NCBI GenBank assembly: GCA_963740315.1
Contig: CAVUDP010000002.1
Coordinates: forward strand, 352,001 to 416,000
DNA: 64,000 nt
Reading direction: 5' to 3'
From: an uncultured cyanobacterium
GTDB taxonomy: Bacteria; Cyanobacteriota; Cyanobacteriia; Cyanobacteriales; Nostocaceae
The translations under genes and the position numbers were made by a program. Under the pieces are notes generated by a model. It was given only the letters and a program-made list of their open reading frames with translations. It made no database searches and was not told the origin of the DNA. Position 1 is the stretch's first letter. Each line of letters starts with the position of its first letter. Below, in pieces: positions 39,030-49,489 of this stretch.

Positions 39030-40469
39030 TCACTCTGCCCAATCTTTCGCCCAAGCTAAGGTTTTATGTACCTCATCCAAGGTAGATGCTTCGCAGTATA
39101 AACGTAAAACTGGTTCGGTTCCGCTAAAGCGAATCATTAGCCAGCTATCATCATCTAAACGGAATTTGTAGCCGTCAATTGTTTTACAGTCAACTACTTG
39201 CTTTCCGGCAATTTCTTTAGGAAGTTCGTTTTGCAATTGCTGTAAAAGCCGCTCTCGCACGGACATTCCTGAAAGAGGTAAGTCAATGCGATCGTATGCT
39301 GAATTAAAATTAACTTGTTTTTGTAAATGACTGTAATAGTCACCTAAATCCATTCCCGATTCTACGATTGCTTCTAATACGTATAATGCCGAAAGCAAGG
39401 CATCTCTTTCAGGAATGTGGCTTCCGTAACCGATTCCACCCGATTCTTCACCACCTAACAAAACTTCTGCATCTAACATTCTATCGGCGATGTATTTGTA
39501 ACCTACGGGGGTTTCGTACAGCGATAAATTATGCAGTTTTGCAACCAACGGAATTAAGTCCGAACCGCTGACGGTTTTGACGATTTCGCCAGTAAAGCCG
39601 CGTCTTTGGGTTAAATGGTCAATTAATATGGGAATCAAGATTTGCGAACTGAGGAAGTTTCCTTTGCCATCTACAGCGGCAATGCGATCGCAATCGCCAT
39701 CAAATACTAATCCCACTGATAAACCTTCAGGATTAGCTTCGCGGTGATTTTTTATTACTTTTATGAACTTAGAAATATACTTCGGCAAAGGTTCCGGCGC
39801 ACCCCCTTCAAATAAGGGATCGCGATCGCTATTAATTTCTTGGACTTTATCGCCTAAAAGCATTCCCAATCCACCTGCGGATGCACCATGCATTGCATCG
39901 GTAAATAATGTCAGTTTACCTGAAGCTATGGCATCTCTAATTTTGTCAATATTAACTTTGACGAATAAACCTTGGGTATAGCTCTGCCAAGGATCGAAAG
40001 TTTCTAATTTGCCTTTTTCTCTATTTGAAGATATAGATTGTGTCAGTAAATCTTCAATTTCCTTAGTTACTTCCGACGGTACCGAACCACCAAAACAACT
40101 TTTAACTTTTAACCCTAAATACTTCCCCGGATTGTGAGAAGCTGTAATAACCAAGGCTCCCAAAGCGTTCTGAGCCTTTGCTGCCCAACTAAAAGCTGGG
40201 GTTGGAGCAAAATCTTCAGTCAAAACGACATCAAAGCCTGCATCCATGACAATCTGGGCAACAAACTCTGCAAAATCTTCAGCCATGAATCGGCGATCGT
40301 GACCAACAATGATGGTACGATTACCTACCATTTTTCCGTATGTATTTAATAATACTTGCGCGGCGACTGGTGCAACTAAGGCTAAACGTTCAAAAGTGAA
40401 CTCATCGCCAATAACGCCGCGCCATCCGTCGGTACCAAACTTAATGGATTTACTGGCAACTGGCATCAT
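39030..40469 (-). CDS. Phosphoglucomutase/phosphomannomutase family protein
   Basis: FGTDGWRG, TASHNP, FDGDCDR, GGEESGG, RFSGTEP; start at ATG 40469 or 40466. Confidence 0.93.
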   Translation of the reverse strand: MMPVASKSIKFGTDGWRGVIGDEFTFERLALVAPVAAQVLLNTYGKMVGNRTIIVGHDRRFMAEDFAEFVAQIVMDAGFDVVLTEDFAPTPAFSWAAKAQNALGALVITASHNPGKYLGLKVKSCFGGSVPSEVTKEIEDLLTQSISSNREKGKLETFDPWQSYTQGLFVKVNIDKIRDAIASGKLTLFTDAMHGASAGGLGMLLGDKVQEINSDRDPLFEGGAPEPLPKYISKFIKVIKNHREANPEGLSVGLVFDGDCDRIAAVDGKGNFLSSQILIPILIDHLTQRRGFTGEIVKTVSGSDLIPLVAKLHNLSLYETPVGYKYIADRMLDAEVLLGGEESGGIGYGSHIPERDALLSALYVLEAIVESGMDLGDYYSHLQKQVNFNSAYDRIDLPLSGMSVRERLLQQLQNELPKEIAGKQVVDCKTIDGYKFRLDDDSWLMIRFSGTEPVLRLYCEASTLDEVHKTLAWAKDWAE

Positions 40470-40615
40470 TATTATCCTATATTTAATTCTACTCGCCGCG
40501 ATTCTAGCACTTCCTTTATACAAGGGTTAAAAAAGTTTTACGTAAAATCATGAAAGCTAAATGAAGTTTTTATTTTAATTAAGCGGCGTTATGATGTGGT
40601 GCCAAATTTTAAACA

Positions 40616-41188
40616 TCATTCCTTCTGGACAATCACCGTTGTACCTACAGAAACTAAATTATAAAGCTCGCGCACATCCTCGTTATACATCCGCACGCAA
40701 CCGTGAGAAATTGCTTGTCCAACAGAACTTCTATCGGGAGTACCATGAAATCCGATATAGTCATTACCATCAGTCCAAAATGCAATCCAGCGATCTCCTA
40801 ATGGGTTAGTTGAACCTGGAGGAATACGTTTTCCGGTCTTAAAATTTGTCCAACCCGGATTTTCAATCATATCCATAACTTTGAAGTTACCCGTTGGCGT
40901 TTCCCATTTTGTTTTACCAACTGCAACTGGATAAGTATTTAATAAACTTTCCCCTTGATAAACATAGAGTTTTCGCGGTTTGAGCTTGAGTATTAAACGG
41001 ATTTCATTCTCGTCCGTATATGTAACATTTCGGAATATATCAATATCTTCGTCAGTATTGTTGTTAACTTCAGCGGATGTATTTTGCTCGGCATTTTGTT
41101 GAGCAATAGCCGGTAATGAAAATACAAAAAATACCGTAGCTGCGCCTAACAAAAAATTTAAACTATTACGATAGACATTAATAATCAT
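40616..41188 (-). CDS. L,D-transpeptidase (YkuD family)
   Basis: YPVAVG...TPTG, IGFHGT...SHGCVRM; signal peptide. Confidence 0.9.
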   Translation of the reverse strand: MIINVYRNSLNFLLGAATVFFVFSLPAIAQQNAEQNTSAEVNNNTDEDIDIFRNVTYTDENEIRLILKLKPRKLYVYQGESLLNTYPVAVGKTKWETPTGNFKVMDMIENPGWTNFKTGKRIPPGSTNPLGDRWIAFWTDGNDYIGFHGTPDRSSVGQAISHGCVRMYNEDVRELYNLVSVGTTVIVQKE

Positions 41189-41299
41189 TGTTCGGGGCGT
41201 ATATTAACTATTAAATATATTAAATAAAGTTCTTCACTATTAGTTAGTAATTTCAATATTTAGCCTATCTTCGTACTGAAGAAACATAAATAATTGCCA

Positions 41300-42256
41300 T
41301 TACCATCGCGCTCTGGGGCTGCGGCGATCGGGTTTTTGTTCGCATTGGCATTGCTGGGGTTGTGGTGCTGGTTCTGTTTCTGATGCAGTTTGAGGTGATT
41401 CCTCGACTTGCATTATTGTTGGTGCATTAGGAAACTGCTTAGGTAAAACTGGCTCAATTCTAAAGTTTGTACTTGGCATTAAATCAAGAAATGGTGGTGT
41501 AGTTCTATCTAATGGAACTGCGTCGGGTTTTATGTTTAGCTGCTCTAATGGAACTGCTTCGGGTTTTATTTCCGGTTGTTCTAGTGGAATCGCTTCGGGT
41601 TGTATTTGTGGTTGTTGAATTGGCGGAGGTTCTATAGTTGGTTGCTCAATCGCTTCGGGTTGTATTTGTGGTTGTTGAATTGGCGGAGGTTCTATAGTTG
41701 GTTGCTCAATCGGTTCGGTTTGTATTTGTGGTTGAGTTGGTTGAGGTTCTATAGTTGGTTGCTCAATCGGTTCGGTTTGTATTTGTGGTTGAGTTGGTTG
41801 AGGTTCTATAGTTGGTTGCTCAATCGGTTCGGGTTGTATTTGTTGTGGAGTTGGTGTGGTTGTTGTATCTGGTAATAAAATTGGCTCCTCTTCTGCTTCT
41901 ATAGAAGGCTGCGGCTCTGGCAGTTCTGGTTCTGCTTCTATGGATTCTACCTCTGGGGTTGGAGCCGGTGTATCCGGTAATGAGGTTGGTTCTTCTGCTT
42001 CTATAGAAGGCTGCGGTTCTGGTTTTGCTTCTATGGATTCTGCCTCTGGGGTTGGAGCCGGTGTATCTGGTAATGAGGTTGGTTCTTCTGCTTCTAGAGA
42101 AGGTTGCGGTTCTGGTTCTGCTTCTAGAGAAGGTTGCGGAGCTTGCTGTGCTAAAGTTTTTTGTAGGGGAAAAATGTTAGTACTGGTTACTAGAACTAAA
42201 TAAATAAAAGATAATAAATATTTAATATTTTTTGAATAGTTTCGCTTTGAATTCAT
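41300..42256 (-). CDS. Secreted Pro/Glu/Gln-rich tandem-repeat protein
   Basis: Signal peptide ending TLA-QQ, then about 31-aa and 19-20-aa internal repeats. Confidence 0.7.
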   Translation of the reverse strand: MNSKRNYSKNIKYLLSFIYLVLVTSTNIFPLQKTLAQQAPQPSLEAEPEPQPSLEAEEPTSLPDTPAPTPEAESIEAKPEPQPSIEAEEPTSLPDTPAPTPEVESIEAEPELPEPQPSIEAEEEPILLPDTTTTPTPQQIQPEPIEQPTIEPQPTQPQIQTEPIEQPTIEPQPTQPQIQTEPIEQPTIEPPPIQQPQIQPEAIEQPTIEPPPIQQPQIQPEAIPLEQPEIKPEAVPLEQLNIKPDAVPLDRTTPPFLDLMPSTNFRIEPVLPKQFPNAPTIMQVEESPQTASETEPAPQPQQCQCEQKPDRRSPRARW

Positions 42257-42350
42257 GGATTAATACCTTAATAAATCAGAAAAATATTTGATGCTATTAA
42301 ATTAGTTAAGCTGATTTTATTTACGAATGAAAGTTAACAATCAAAATATT

Positions 42351-44390
42351 TTATATTTGCCAAATATTAACTTTACAATATCCATCCCCACTTACTAAGA
42401 ACTTCCCATCAGGGCTAATTACCAATGAGTTTATCGGAGTTTTATATTTAATCAGTTCTTTTTTTAACTCTCCTGTTTGCAAATTCCAAATTTTAATTGA
42501 ACCGTCGCCACTTCCACTGATTAAATTTTTCTCATCTGGGGTTATAGCGAGAGAATAAACTGATGGTTTATGGTTTATAGGTTCTTGTACTAACTCTGCT
42601 GTTTGCAAATTCCAAATTTTAATTGAACCGTCGCCACTTCCACCGATTAGTCTTTTTCCATCTTTAGTTATCACCAAAGAACTAATCAATTTATTCTGTT
42701 TGGGAAATTGATTTTCTAATTTTCCAGTTTCTAAATTGTAAACATTAATTATCCCATTAAAACTACCACTAATTAAAGTCTTACCGTCTGGGCTTAATGC
42801 AAGAGAAAGAACTGATGATGTATAATTTCTAAATTCTTTTTTTAACTCTCCTGTTTGAAGATTCCAAATTTTAATTGTCCAATCGCGACTACCAGTAATC
42901 AGTGTTTCTCCATCGCGACTAATAATAATAGAACGAATTGTGTTTTTGTGACCTTGAAAAGTTTTTTTAAGTTTTTTAGTTTTGAAATCCCAAATTTTAA
43001 TTATTCCATCTTTACTACCACTGACAAAAGTCTGCCCATCGGAACTAATAGCAATGGAACGAATCGGATTTTCATCTTTAATAGTATAAAGTAATTCCTG
43101 AGTTTGGAAATCCCAAAACCTAATACTTTTATCGTCACTACCATTGACTAAAGTTTTTCCATTAGGGCTTAGGGCAACTGTATACACGTAACAATTTTTT
43201 CCTTTACCCCCTTGAATAGTTTTAACAAATGTTAGTTGTTTGTAATCTATATTTTTTACTTGTGGACTATTAGATATCATAATATATCGCAGTCCATATC
43301 CTCCTAAACCTGCCAGTAAAACTCCACCAATTACCAGCAACAATTGTTTAAACTTGATTTTCTTTCTAGATAAAAATGGAAAAAGTCTTCGTGAAATTTT
43401 CCGTGAAGCTTTAGAAGGGTTTACTATAGTTTCTGGAACTTGAGGTGATGAAGAGGATTTTTGAAATATAACGGAATTTTGTTGCCATACCACGGAAGCT
43501 ATAGGTAATGAATTCAAATCTTGCAATACTTGGACTACTGATTGATAGCGCTTAGAATAGTCTTCCTGTAATAATCGATCGAGTATCTCTCCTAATTCTT
43601 GACTTACTGGTTGCTTTAAATGCGATCGCCAATCATTAACCCAGCCATAACCCTTCTTGTACCAAAGTTTCCAGGGACGAATTCCACTGAGTAAGTGAAA
43701 GCAAGTTGCACCTAAACTATACAAATCGCTCGATGGGTAAGCCTTTCCATCTTCTATTTGCTCTATGGGAACATATCCAAAGGAACCAATCATTGTTCCT
43801 TCTACAGACATAATCGTCTGGCTCCATTGCTTAGAAGCCCCAAAATCTATTAATACCAATTTGTCATCAATCAAACGACGAATGATGTTTTCTGGCTTAA
43901 TATCTCGATGAATAACTTTTTGTTGATGAACAACTTGAAAAATGGGCAATACATCGAACAATAATTGTAATATTTTTTGTTCGTTAAAAATTCCCTGCTG
44001 TTCTAACTCCTGTAACAAATTTTGCCCGTCGATGAATTGCTGGAGCAGATATAAACGGCTATTTTCCTCGAAATAAGCGAGTAAGCTAGGAATTCGTGGA
44101 TTTTCTCCTAGTTGCTGTAACCGCCTTGCTTCTGCTTCAAATAGTTTTTTTGCACTTTCAAATCCTGCGGTTCCTTGTACTTGTGGTGCAAATTGTTTGA
44201 TAACACAATATTCATTTAATTTATCTATATCTTCTGCTATATAGGTTTTACCAAATCCACCGCCACCCAATGGTTGAATAGGTTGATAACGATTTCTAAG
44301 TATCACTAACGGTGTTTGACAGTTCGGACAAACATTTGTTTCTTCAGTACAGGGAGGATTATAACAAATCGGATTGAGGCAGCAGATCAT
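42351..44390 (-). CDS. Ser/Thr protein kinase with TM helix and WD40 propeller
   Basis: N-terminal CLNP.C..C..C zinc motif, GGGGFGKT, HRDIKPEN, DFG, TM helix, about 7 WD repeats (GS.D..IKIW). Confidence 0.93.
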   Translation of the reverse strand: MICCLNPICYNPPCTEETNVCPNCQTPLVILRNRYQPIQPLGGGGFGKTYIAEDIDKLNEYCVIKQFAPQVQGTAGFESAKKLFEAEARRLQQLGENPRIPSLLAYFEENSRLYLLQQFIDGQNLLQELEQQGIFNEQKILQLLFDVLPIFQVVHQQKVIHRDIKPENIIRRLIDDKLVLIDFGASKQWSQTIMSVEGTMIGSFGYVPIEQIEDGKAYPSSDLYSLGATCFHLLSGIRPWKLWYKKGYGWVNDWRSHLKQPVSQELGEILDRLLQEDYSKRYQSVVQVLQDLNSLPIASVVWQQNSVIFQKSSSSPQVPETIVNPSKASRKISRRLFPFLSRKKIKFKQLLLVIGGVLLAGLGGYGLRYIMISNSPQVKNIDYKQLTFVKTIQGGKGKNCYVYTVALSPNGKTLVNGSDDKSIRFWDFQTQELLYTIKDENPIRSIAISSDGQTFVSGSKDGIIKIWDFKTKKLKKTFQGHKNTIRSIIISRDGETLITGSRDWTIKIWNLQTGELKKEFRNYTSSVLSLALSPDGKTLISGSFNGIINVYNLETGKLENQFPKQNKLISSLVITKDGKRLIGGSGDGSIKIWNLQTAELVQEPINHKPSVYSLAITPDEKNLISGSGDGSIKIWNLQTGELKKELIKYKTPINSLVISPDGKFLVSGDGYCKVNIWQI

Positions 44391-45088
44391 AACTGTGCTT
44401 CAACTAATATTTTTAATTTTAATATATAAAAATAATATCACTTTATCCCATGAACTCATACCATAAATTTAAGTTAAGTTTTTTTTTACCATTAACCTTT
44501 TTTTAGCTTTTCATAGATTTTCTAAGTGATATTAAAATGGCAATGACTTGCTGCCAATATATGTTTATATAGTAATATAGCTATACAACTAATAAAATAA
44601 GCTTAATATTGTAAATATTGTGCAACATTATTTTATTAAGACTTTTAGCATTTGAGATACCCGGTTTTTTTAAGCAGAGTGATTAATTCTGATTAATAAT
44701 TAAGGAATGCTATTTATAGTTAATACGAGAAGGGAAAATTATCAAAACTGAGTTTTTTTAAATAAAATTATATTTAATTGCGTAAATATTTTGTAATGAA
44801 ACATTTTTGTATATTCTATTTTTTTTATATTCCTGCTTTGTATCAATTCGGTAAATTACTATAATTATTAAAATTAAATTATTTAGTTTTAGTTATATTG
44901 TCTATCTAAAGTTTTAAAAATATTTTCATGTATATCGATGTATATTGAATTGAAAATAATAAACATAAAAGTATAGCTGTCAAACATCATTTCTAACTAA
45001 TAAGACAGCGAAGAAAGCTATTAATAGCAATTAACTGCCGTGAATCGATGTTTGACAGCAACACAAAATATGTACACCCTGCTTTCCT

Positions 45089-45616
45089 TTAAAAATCATC
45101 CACAAGTTCGCTCATGCGTCTGATTAAAGGGTCTTCTTCTTCAGCAGGAGTATTAACTTCATAAGCCGATACTGAAGTATTATTTAATACTTCAGATCCT
45201 ATCGATTGAGTAGAAGGTTGAACAACCGAACCTTGATTGACCATCATTGCCAACTGAGCCACTTGCTGACTAAGCTGTGTCAAGTGTTGTTCCATCGTTA
45301 CCAATCGATTTGATTCCCTAGTAAAGAAACGTTCCTCAAGGTCAGCTAATTTTCTTTCCAGGTCAGCAATCTGCTCGCCCGCCTCGGATGGCGGGTGTGG
45401 TTTTGGTTTTGGTGCAGGTGTTGCTGTTGGTTGCGGATCTGGTCGTACAGATTCCGGTACGCATAAAGCTTGCCATAAAGCTTCTTTACAGAGGTCGCTG
45501 AAAGTCTTATCTGGCTCTTTTTCTAAGTGCCTTTCAACTACATCTAACAAGCTTTCATCCGCTACCCCTGGATTAAACGTAACAGATTTAACTACCTTTT
45601 TTGACCATTGGAACAT
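45089..45616 (-). CDS. parR: ParR-like adaptor (CorR-type): ribbon-helix-helix-like N-terminus, coiled coil, C-terminal amphipathic helix
   Basis: Starts 5 bp after the parM-like stop; SVTFN...ESLLDVVE...TFSDLCKEALWQAL, C-terminus DPLIRRMSELVDDF. Confidence 0.7.
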   Translation of the reverse strand: MFQWSKKVVKSVTFNPGVADESLLDVVERHLEKEPDKTFSDLCKEALWQALCVPESVRPDPQPTATPAPKPKPHPPSEAGEQIADLERKLADLEERFFTRESNRLVTMEQHLTQLSQQVAQLAMMVNQGSVVQPSTQSIGSEVLNNTSVSAYEVNTPAEEEDPLIRRMSELVDDF

Positions 45617-45621
45617 TGGTT

Positions 45622-46773
45622 TTAAGACCTAGAAGAGCGACTGGCAGATAATTGTGCCTCTCCATAAATATACTGCCCTAGAGCGTTAGCTTGTCGGGAA
45701 GGTGCAGCTAAGTGGGCATTAATTTTTGCTTCTTTGAGCAAACGTTGAACGTCTTCCCAGAAAAATTCACCACCACCGCCGGTGAGAATTACATCGGTAA
45801 CGCGCTCTGGCAGCCATGCTAACACGCGGGTGCAAATTTCACGTGAAAACATTTCTATAAGATTAGGAAGAAAATCGTCTAGATTGGTGGGTTTTCCAGA
45901 ACCTCTAGGACGATAGAAGCGTTCGCCTTTAGGCTTATTTACCGCAGCAATCAAAGACAATGATTGACTATCCGCACCTTCAATTTCGGCAGCTACTAGT
46001 TCGTAAAACTTGCTCATACCAAAGTCTTCACTTTTAGAAGCACCTCTGGCGAAACGGAAGTTATCCACCATCAAACAATCTGTAGTTTGGTGTCCAATAT
46101 CCACAATCGCCGCAGAAACTTTGGTAAAGTCAGCTGCACCAGGTGCTTTCTTGGGTTGGGATTCGCACCACAGTAAGCTACCATACCCTTCTGGCATAAC
46201 CCAAACTTTGTTAACATTTATTGTCACGGGTTCACCACGAAAGTTCATTACGTGAGGACCTGTAACTTGAGATATAAGCTGTGCTTTTTCTTTTTCAAAT
46301 TGTTCTTGAGAAAGATAAGGAAGACCCAAAATTACTGAAATATCATCACTAAGCTTGAAGTATCCTGCACTTGCCAATACTTTAATCAGTGCAGCTTCAA
46401 CCTTAGATTGACCTACTCCTAAATCGGCTCCAAAGTCTGCTGCTAGTTGACCAACAGCATAACCGTTACCTTGGTACTCCATCCAAAGATCCATTAAAGG
46501 ATCTGTTGCACGAGCTTCAAATACTCCTCCTCGAACTTGTTCCATCGTCATTTGCTTAACGTTGGAGGAGACGAAAACCACGCTCGACGGCTCGCGACTG
46601 ACGGTGGTTTTGGTGGAAGTTCTACCTAAATCGACGCTAAGAATATTTTTACTCCCACCATTACTGGTATTTGTAAGCTTGGGAGTTGTATTGATCGGAG
46701 TAGATGCCGTTACTCGATTCATCGGTATAGCAGCAGCATTCATTGGGGTAGCAGCGGAAGGTTGGTCTGTCAT
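45622..46773 (-). CDS. parM: ParM/StbA-family actin-like ATPase (CorM-type)
   Basis: Actin-fold motifs VDLGRTSTK, VMPEG.G, VDIGHQTTD, LTGGGG, QANALG. Confidence 0.88.
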   Translation of the reverse strand: MTDQPSAATPMNAAAIPMNRVTASTPINTTPKLTNTSNGGSKNILSVDLGRTSTKTTVSREPSSVVFVSSNVKQMTMEQVRGGVFEARATDPLMDLWMEYQGNGYAVGQLAADFGADLGVGQSKVEAALIKVLASAGYFKLSDDISVILGLPYLSQEQFEKEKAQLISQVTGPHVMNFRGEPVTINVNKVWVMPEGYGSLLWCESQPKKAPGAADFTKVSAAIVDIGHQTTDCLMVDNFRFARGASKSEDFGMSKFYELVAAEIEGADSQSLSLIAAVNKPKGERFYRPRGSGKPTNLDDFLPNLIEMFSREICTRVLAWLPERVTDVILTGGGGEFFWEDVQRLLKEAKINAHLAAPSRQANALGQYIYGEAQLSASRSSRS

Positions 46774-47797
46774 GGAAATTCCTAGTTTCTACTTAGCTCT
46801 AACAAGTCATCATCCTAATCTTACCTGCATTCGTCTATCATCTATTTCTGATAGAGTCAACTCTAGTTAAAAATAATTTGAGCAAAAATCACTCAAATAG
46901 TCCAGTAAAAGTAAAATTATCTTTTCACTGTTTTTTTAGCATGAGTTAACCTACTTACGAATGAAAAAACGGCAATTGAAGCCTGTTTCAACAGGTAGTA
47001 TATTTTTCCTTCAAAATACGATCTGGTTGTTTTTTTTCTTTTCTTAAGAAATAAGGCTTTGGTGTCATCGCTTTAACGCCTTGGCGATGTAGCCATATCA
47101 TCTTTGTAGAATTGTTCGGACGGGTGCTTGCGTCAAAACACAAACTACTTAACTGTCTAGTTCGTGCTTTTTCTGAGTATGTTAGCAAACCTACCCATGC
47201 ACCGCCACCATATATGTGTAAATCAAGTAAATCAGTTAAGGGATATTGCTTATGCTTTTATGAAACTTAAATCACATTTATTGACCCCGATCTACAGACC
47301 AAATATCGCCGAAATAACCAAGCGATCGATTGTGCCAAACATTTGTCTGGTTTCATTTTTGCTTAAGGAGACTGGCTAATAGCTATATATGCCCGCATAA
47401 TTCCTCAAACGATTATGACTCGGAATCTTTTTCGGATAATAGATTGTTTGTTTTTTTACCGTAGAGGCAAGCCTCAAAAATGAAGGAATGATGAAATATT
47501 GGATACATCATACATCAATTTAAGTTTTTAAATTGTCACAGTAATCCCTTAAAAATCAACCGATCGTATGCTCTATAAAAAGTGCATTATTTTTGCGTCA
47601 AAAATCAAGATAAATTGACTACACTCTTACATATTTTTTATTTTTATTTTCTTAAAATTAAACATTTGTATCATTTTGTCTGAAATTTATCTTCAAAAAA
47701 AAAGGAGTAATAAGTAAGATAATACTTACTCATTACTCTCAAGACGGTTATCGCGCTTAAACGGAATGAAACTACATACTAGCTGCCCGACTAATAT

Positions 47798-48877
47798 CTA
47801 AATAGTGGAAGTGAAAGATTGCATTATCGGTTGCGATTGACTATTTAAGGGATTCCAAACTTTGTCAGATACAGCCATCTGTTCGATTAAACTAGCTAAT
47901 CTAAGGGCTTTAAGAGCTTGTTCGCCGCCAACTGAAGGCTGATTTCCACCCCGCACGCAATTCACAAAATGTTCTAATTCAGCTTTTAATGGTTCTACGT
48001 TTGAGGTGTAGACTTTTTCAATCAAACCATCTTGCTTATACAATTGCTGATAATCTGCTGAGTTAGAAGTAGGGTATCGGTGAATCCAAATTTCATTCGT
48101 AAGGAAATCAGCCTCAGTAAATGAATTTTTGCAGTGAGCTACAATTCTACGAATTTTACGGTGAGTGATTTTACTAGCAGTCAAGGTAGCAACAATACCA
48201 TTGGCAAATCCCAAAGTAGCAGTTACATAATCCAAATAAGTAGAGTTTGGAGTACGGGTACCGCTAGCCGCCAACTTCACGACTGGTGCAGCAGCCAATT
48301 CTAAAAGCAAGTCAATATCGTGGATCATCAAATCCAGCACTACCGAAACATCGTTTGCCCGATTGGAATAAGGACTCATTCGGTGAGCTTCTAGCGCCAG
48401 CAATTCATCTGTTTTAAGAACTTTAGTCAGTTCTCCAAAAGCTGGCTTAAAGCGCTCAATATGACCGACTTGTAAAATACAGCCAGATTCAGCCGCAGCA
48501 TTGACTAAAGATTCTGCTTCAGAAATATTTGCAGCAATCGGCTTTTCAATGAGAACGTGGATTCCTGCTAACAGACAACTTATACCAACGGCATAGTGTA
48601 GGCGAGTGGGAACGGCAATACAAACTGCCTCTACATGAGGCAATAGCTCGCAGTAATCCTCGAAAAATCTTACTTTGTACTTACTAGCCGTTTCTAACCC
48701 TCGTTCAATATCAACATCGGCTACACCAACTAATTCGACATCTTTCATCGAACTTAGTACGCGAGTATGATGTTGTCCCATGTTACCTACACCAATTACG
48801 CCTACACGAATGGGGCGCGGTTGATGACGCTGTACGTATCCATTTTTTTCTCCCGCTGTCATGCTGCTATCTTGCAC
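47798..48877 (-). CDS. Gfo/Idh/MocA family oxidoreductase
   Basis: GVIGVGNMG, VPT..H, EKPIA, VGHIERF, DLMIHDID. Confidence 0.92.
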   Translation of the reverse strand: MQDSSMTAGEKNGYVQRHQPRPIRVGVIGVGNMGQHHTRVLSSMKDVELVGVADVDIERGLETASKYKVRFFEDYCELLPHVEAVCIAVPTRLHYAVGISCLLAGIHVLIEKPIAANISEAESLVNAAAESGCILQVGHIERFKPAFGELTKVLKTDELLALEAHRMSPYSNRANDVSVVLDLMIHDIDLLLELAAAPVVKLAASGTRTPNSTYLDYVTATLGFANGIVATLTASKITHRKIRRIVAHCKNSFTEADFLTNEIWIHRYPTSNSADYQQLYKQDGLIEKVYTSNVEPLKAELEHFVNCVRGGNQPSVGGEQALKALRLASLIEQMAVSDKVWNPLNSQSQPIMQSFTSTI

Positions 48878-49489
48878 TCTAATTTTCTCTCCTCAACCAC
48901 CAACTTTAAAAGTGCTACAATCGTTGACTTTTATACATTATCGCCAATAAAGTAGCCACCTAAAACCATCCAGATGGTAACATAGAGGTTCTATTTATGA
49001 AGAATTTCAAAGTTTGTTGTGAGTTCCCGTTATTTGTCTTTTTTTTACATAGTCCCGTTTCGTGGATGTTTTTTATTTTAAAAAAAAATATTATCTATTT
49101 CTGTTAAGTTTAAATTTCCTATAACAATTCAAAGTATTACCTTTTTTTTTTTAATAAGCAACAATTGCAAATTTTTAAACTTAATTTTAATTATATGAGT
49201 GCAGACTTAATAACGGAAGTATGATGATTTTATTAATAAATAAACGTTCTAAAAATAATGTTTTGAATATCTGATATACAATTAATTCATAGAAAAACAG
49301 CACTTATAGATTATTAATGATAATTAATAAATTCGGTTCAAAAAAAATCAGGTTTTTCCATAGATCAAGATTTTACAACTGATACAGCATCATTATCATT
49401 ATATATAAGATACGAAGACAAACACTTGTTCAAAAAGTTTTTGGTGATAGTTTAAAGTAAAGTAGTTTGAGAAAGATTTAGTTATTAAA

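Noticed and set aside
41600..42203. Plus-strand repetitive ORFs
   Set aside because: Antisense shadows of the Pro/Glu-rich repeat gene
46774..47797. parC centromere upstream of parM; short ORFs 46988-47188 and 47164-47379
   Set aside because: No regular direct-repeat array is visible by eye; the ORFs have non-ATG starts and no motifs
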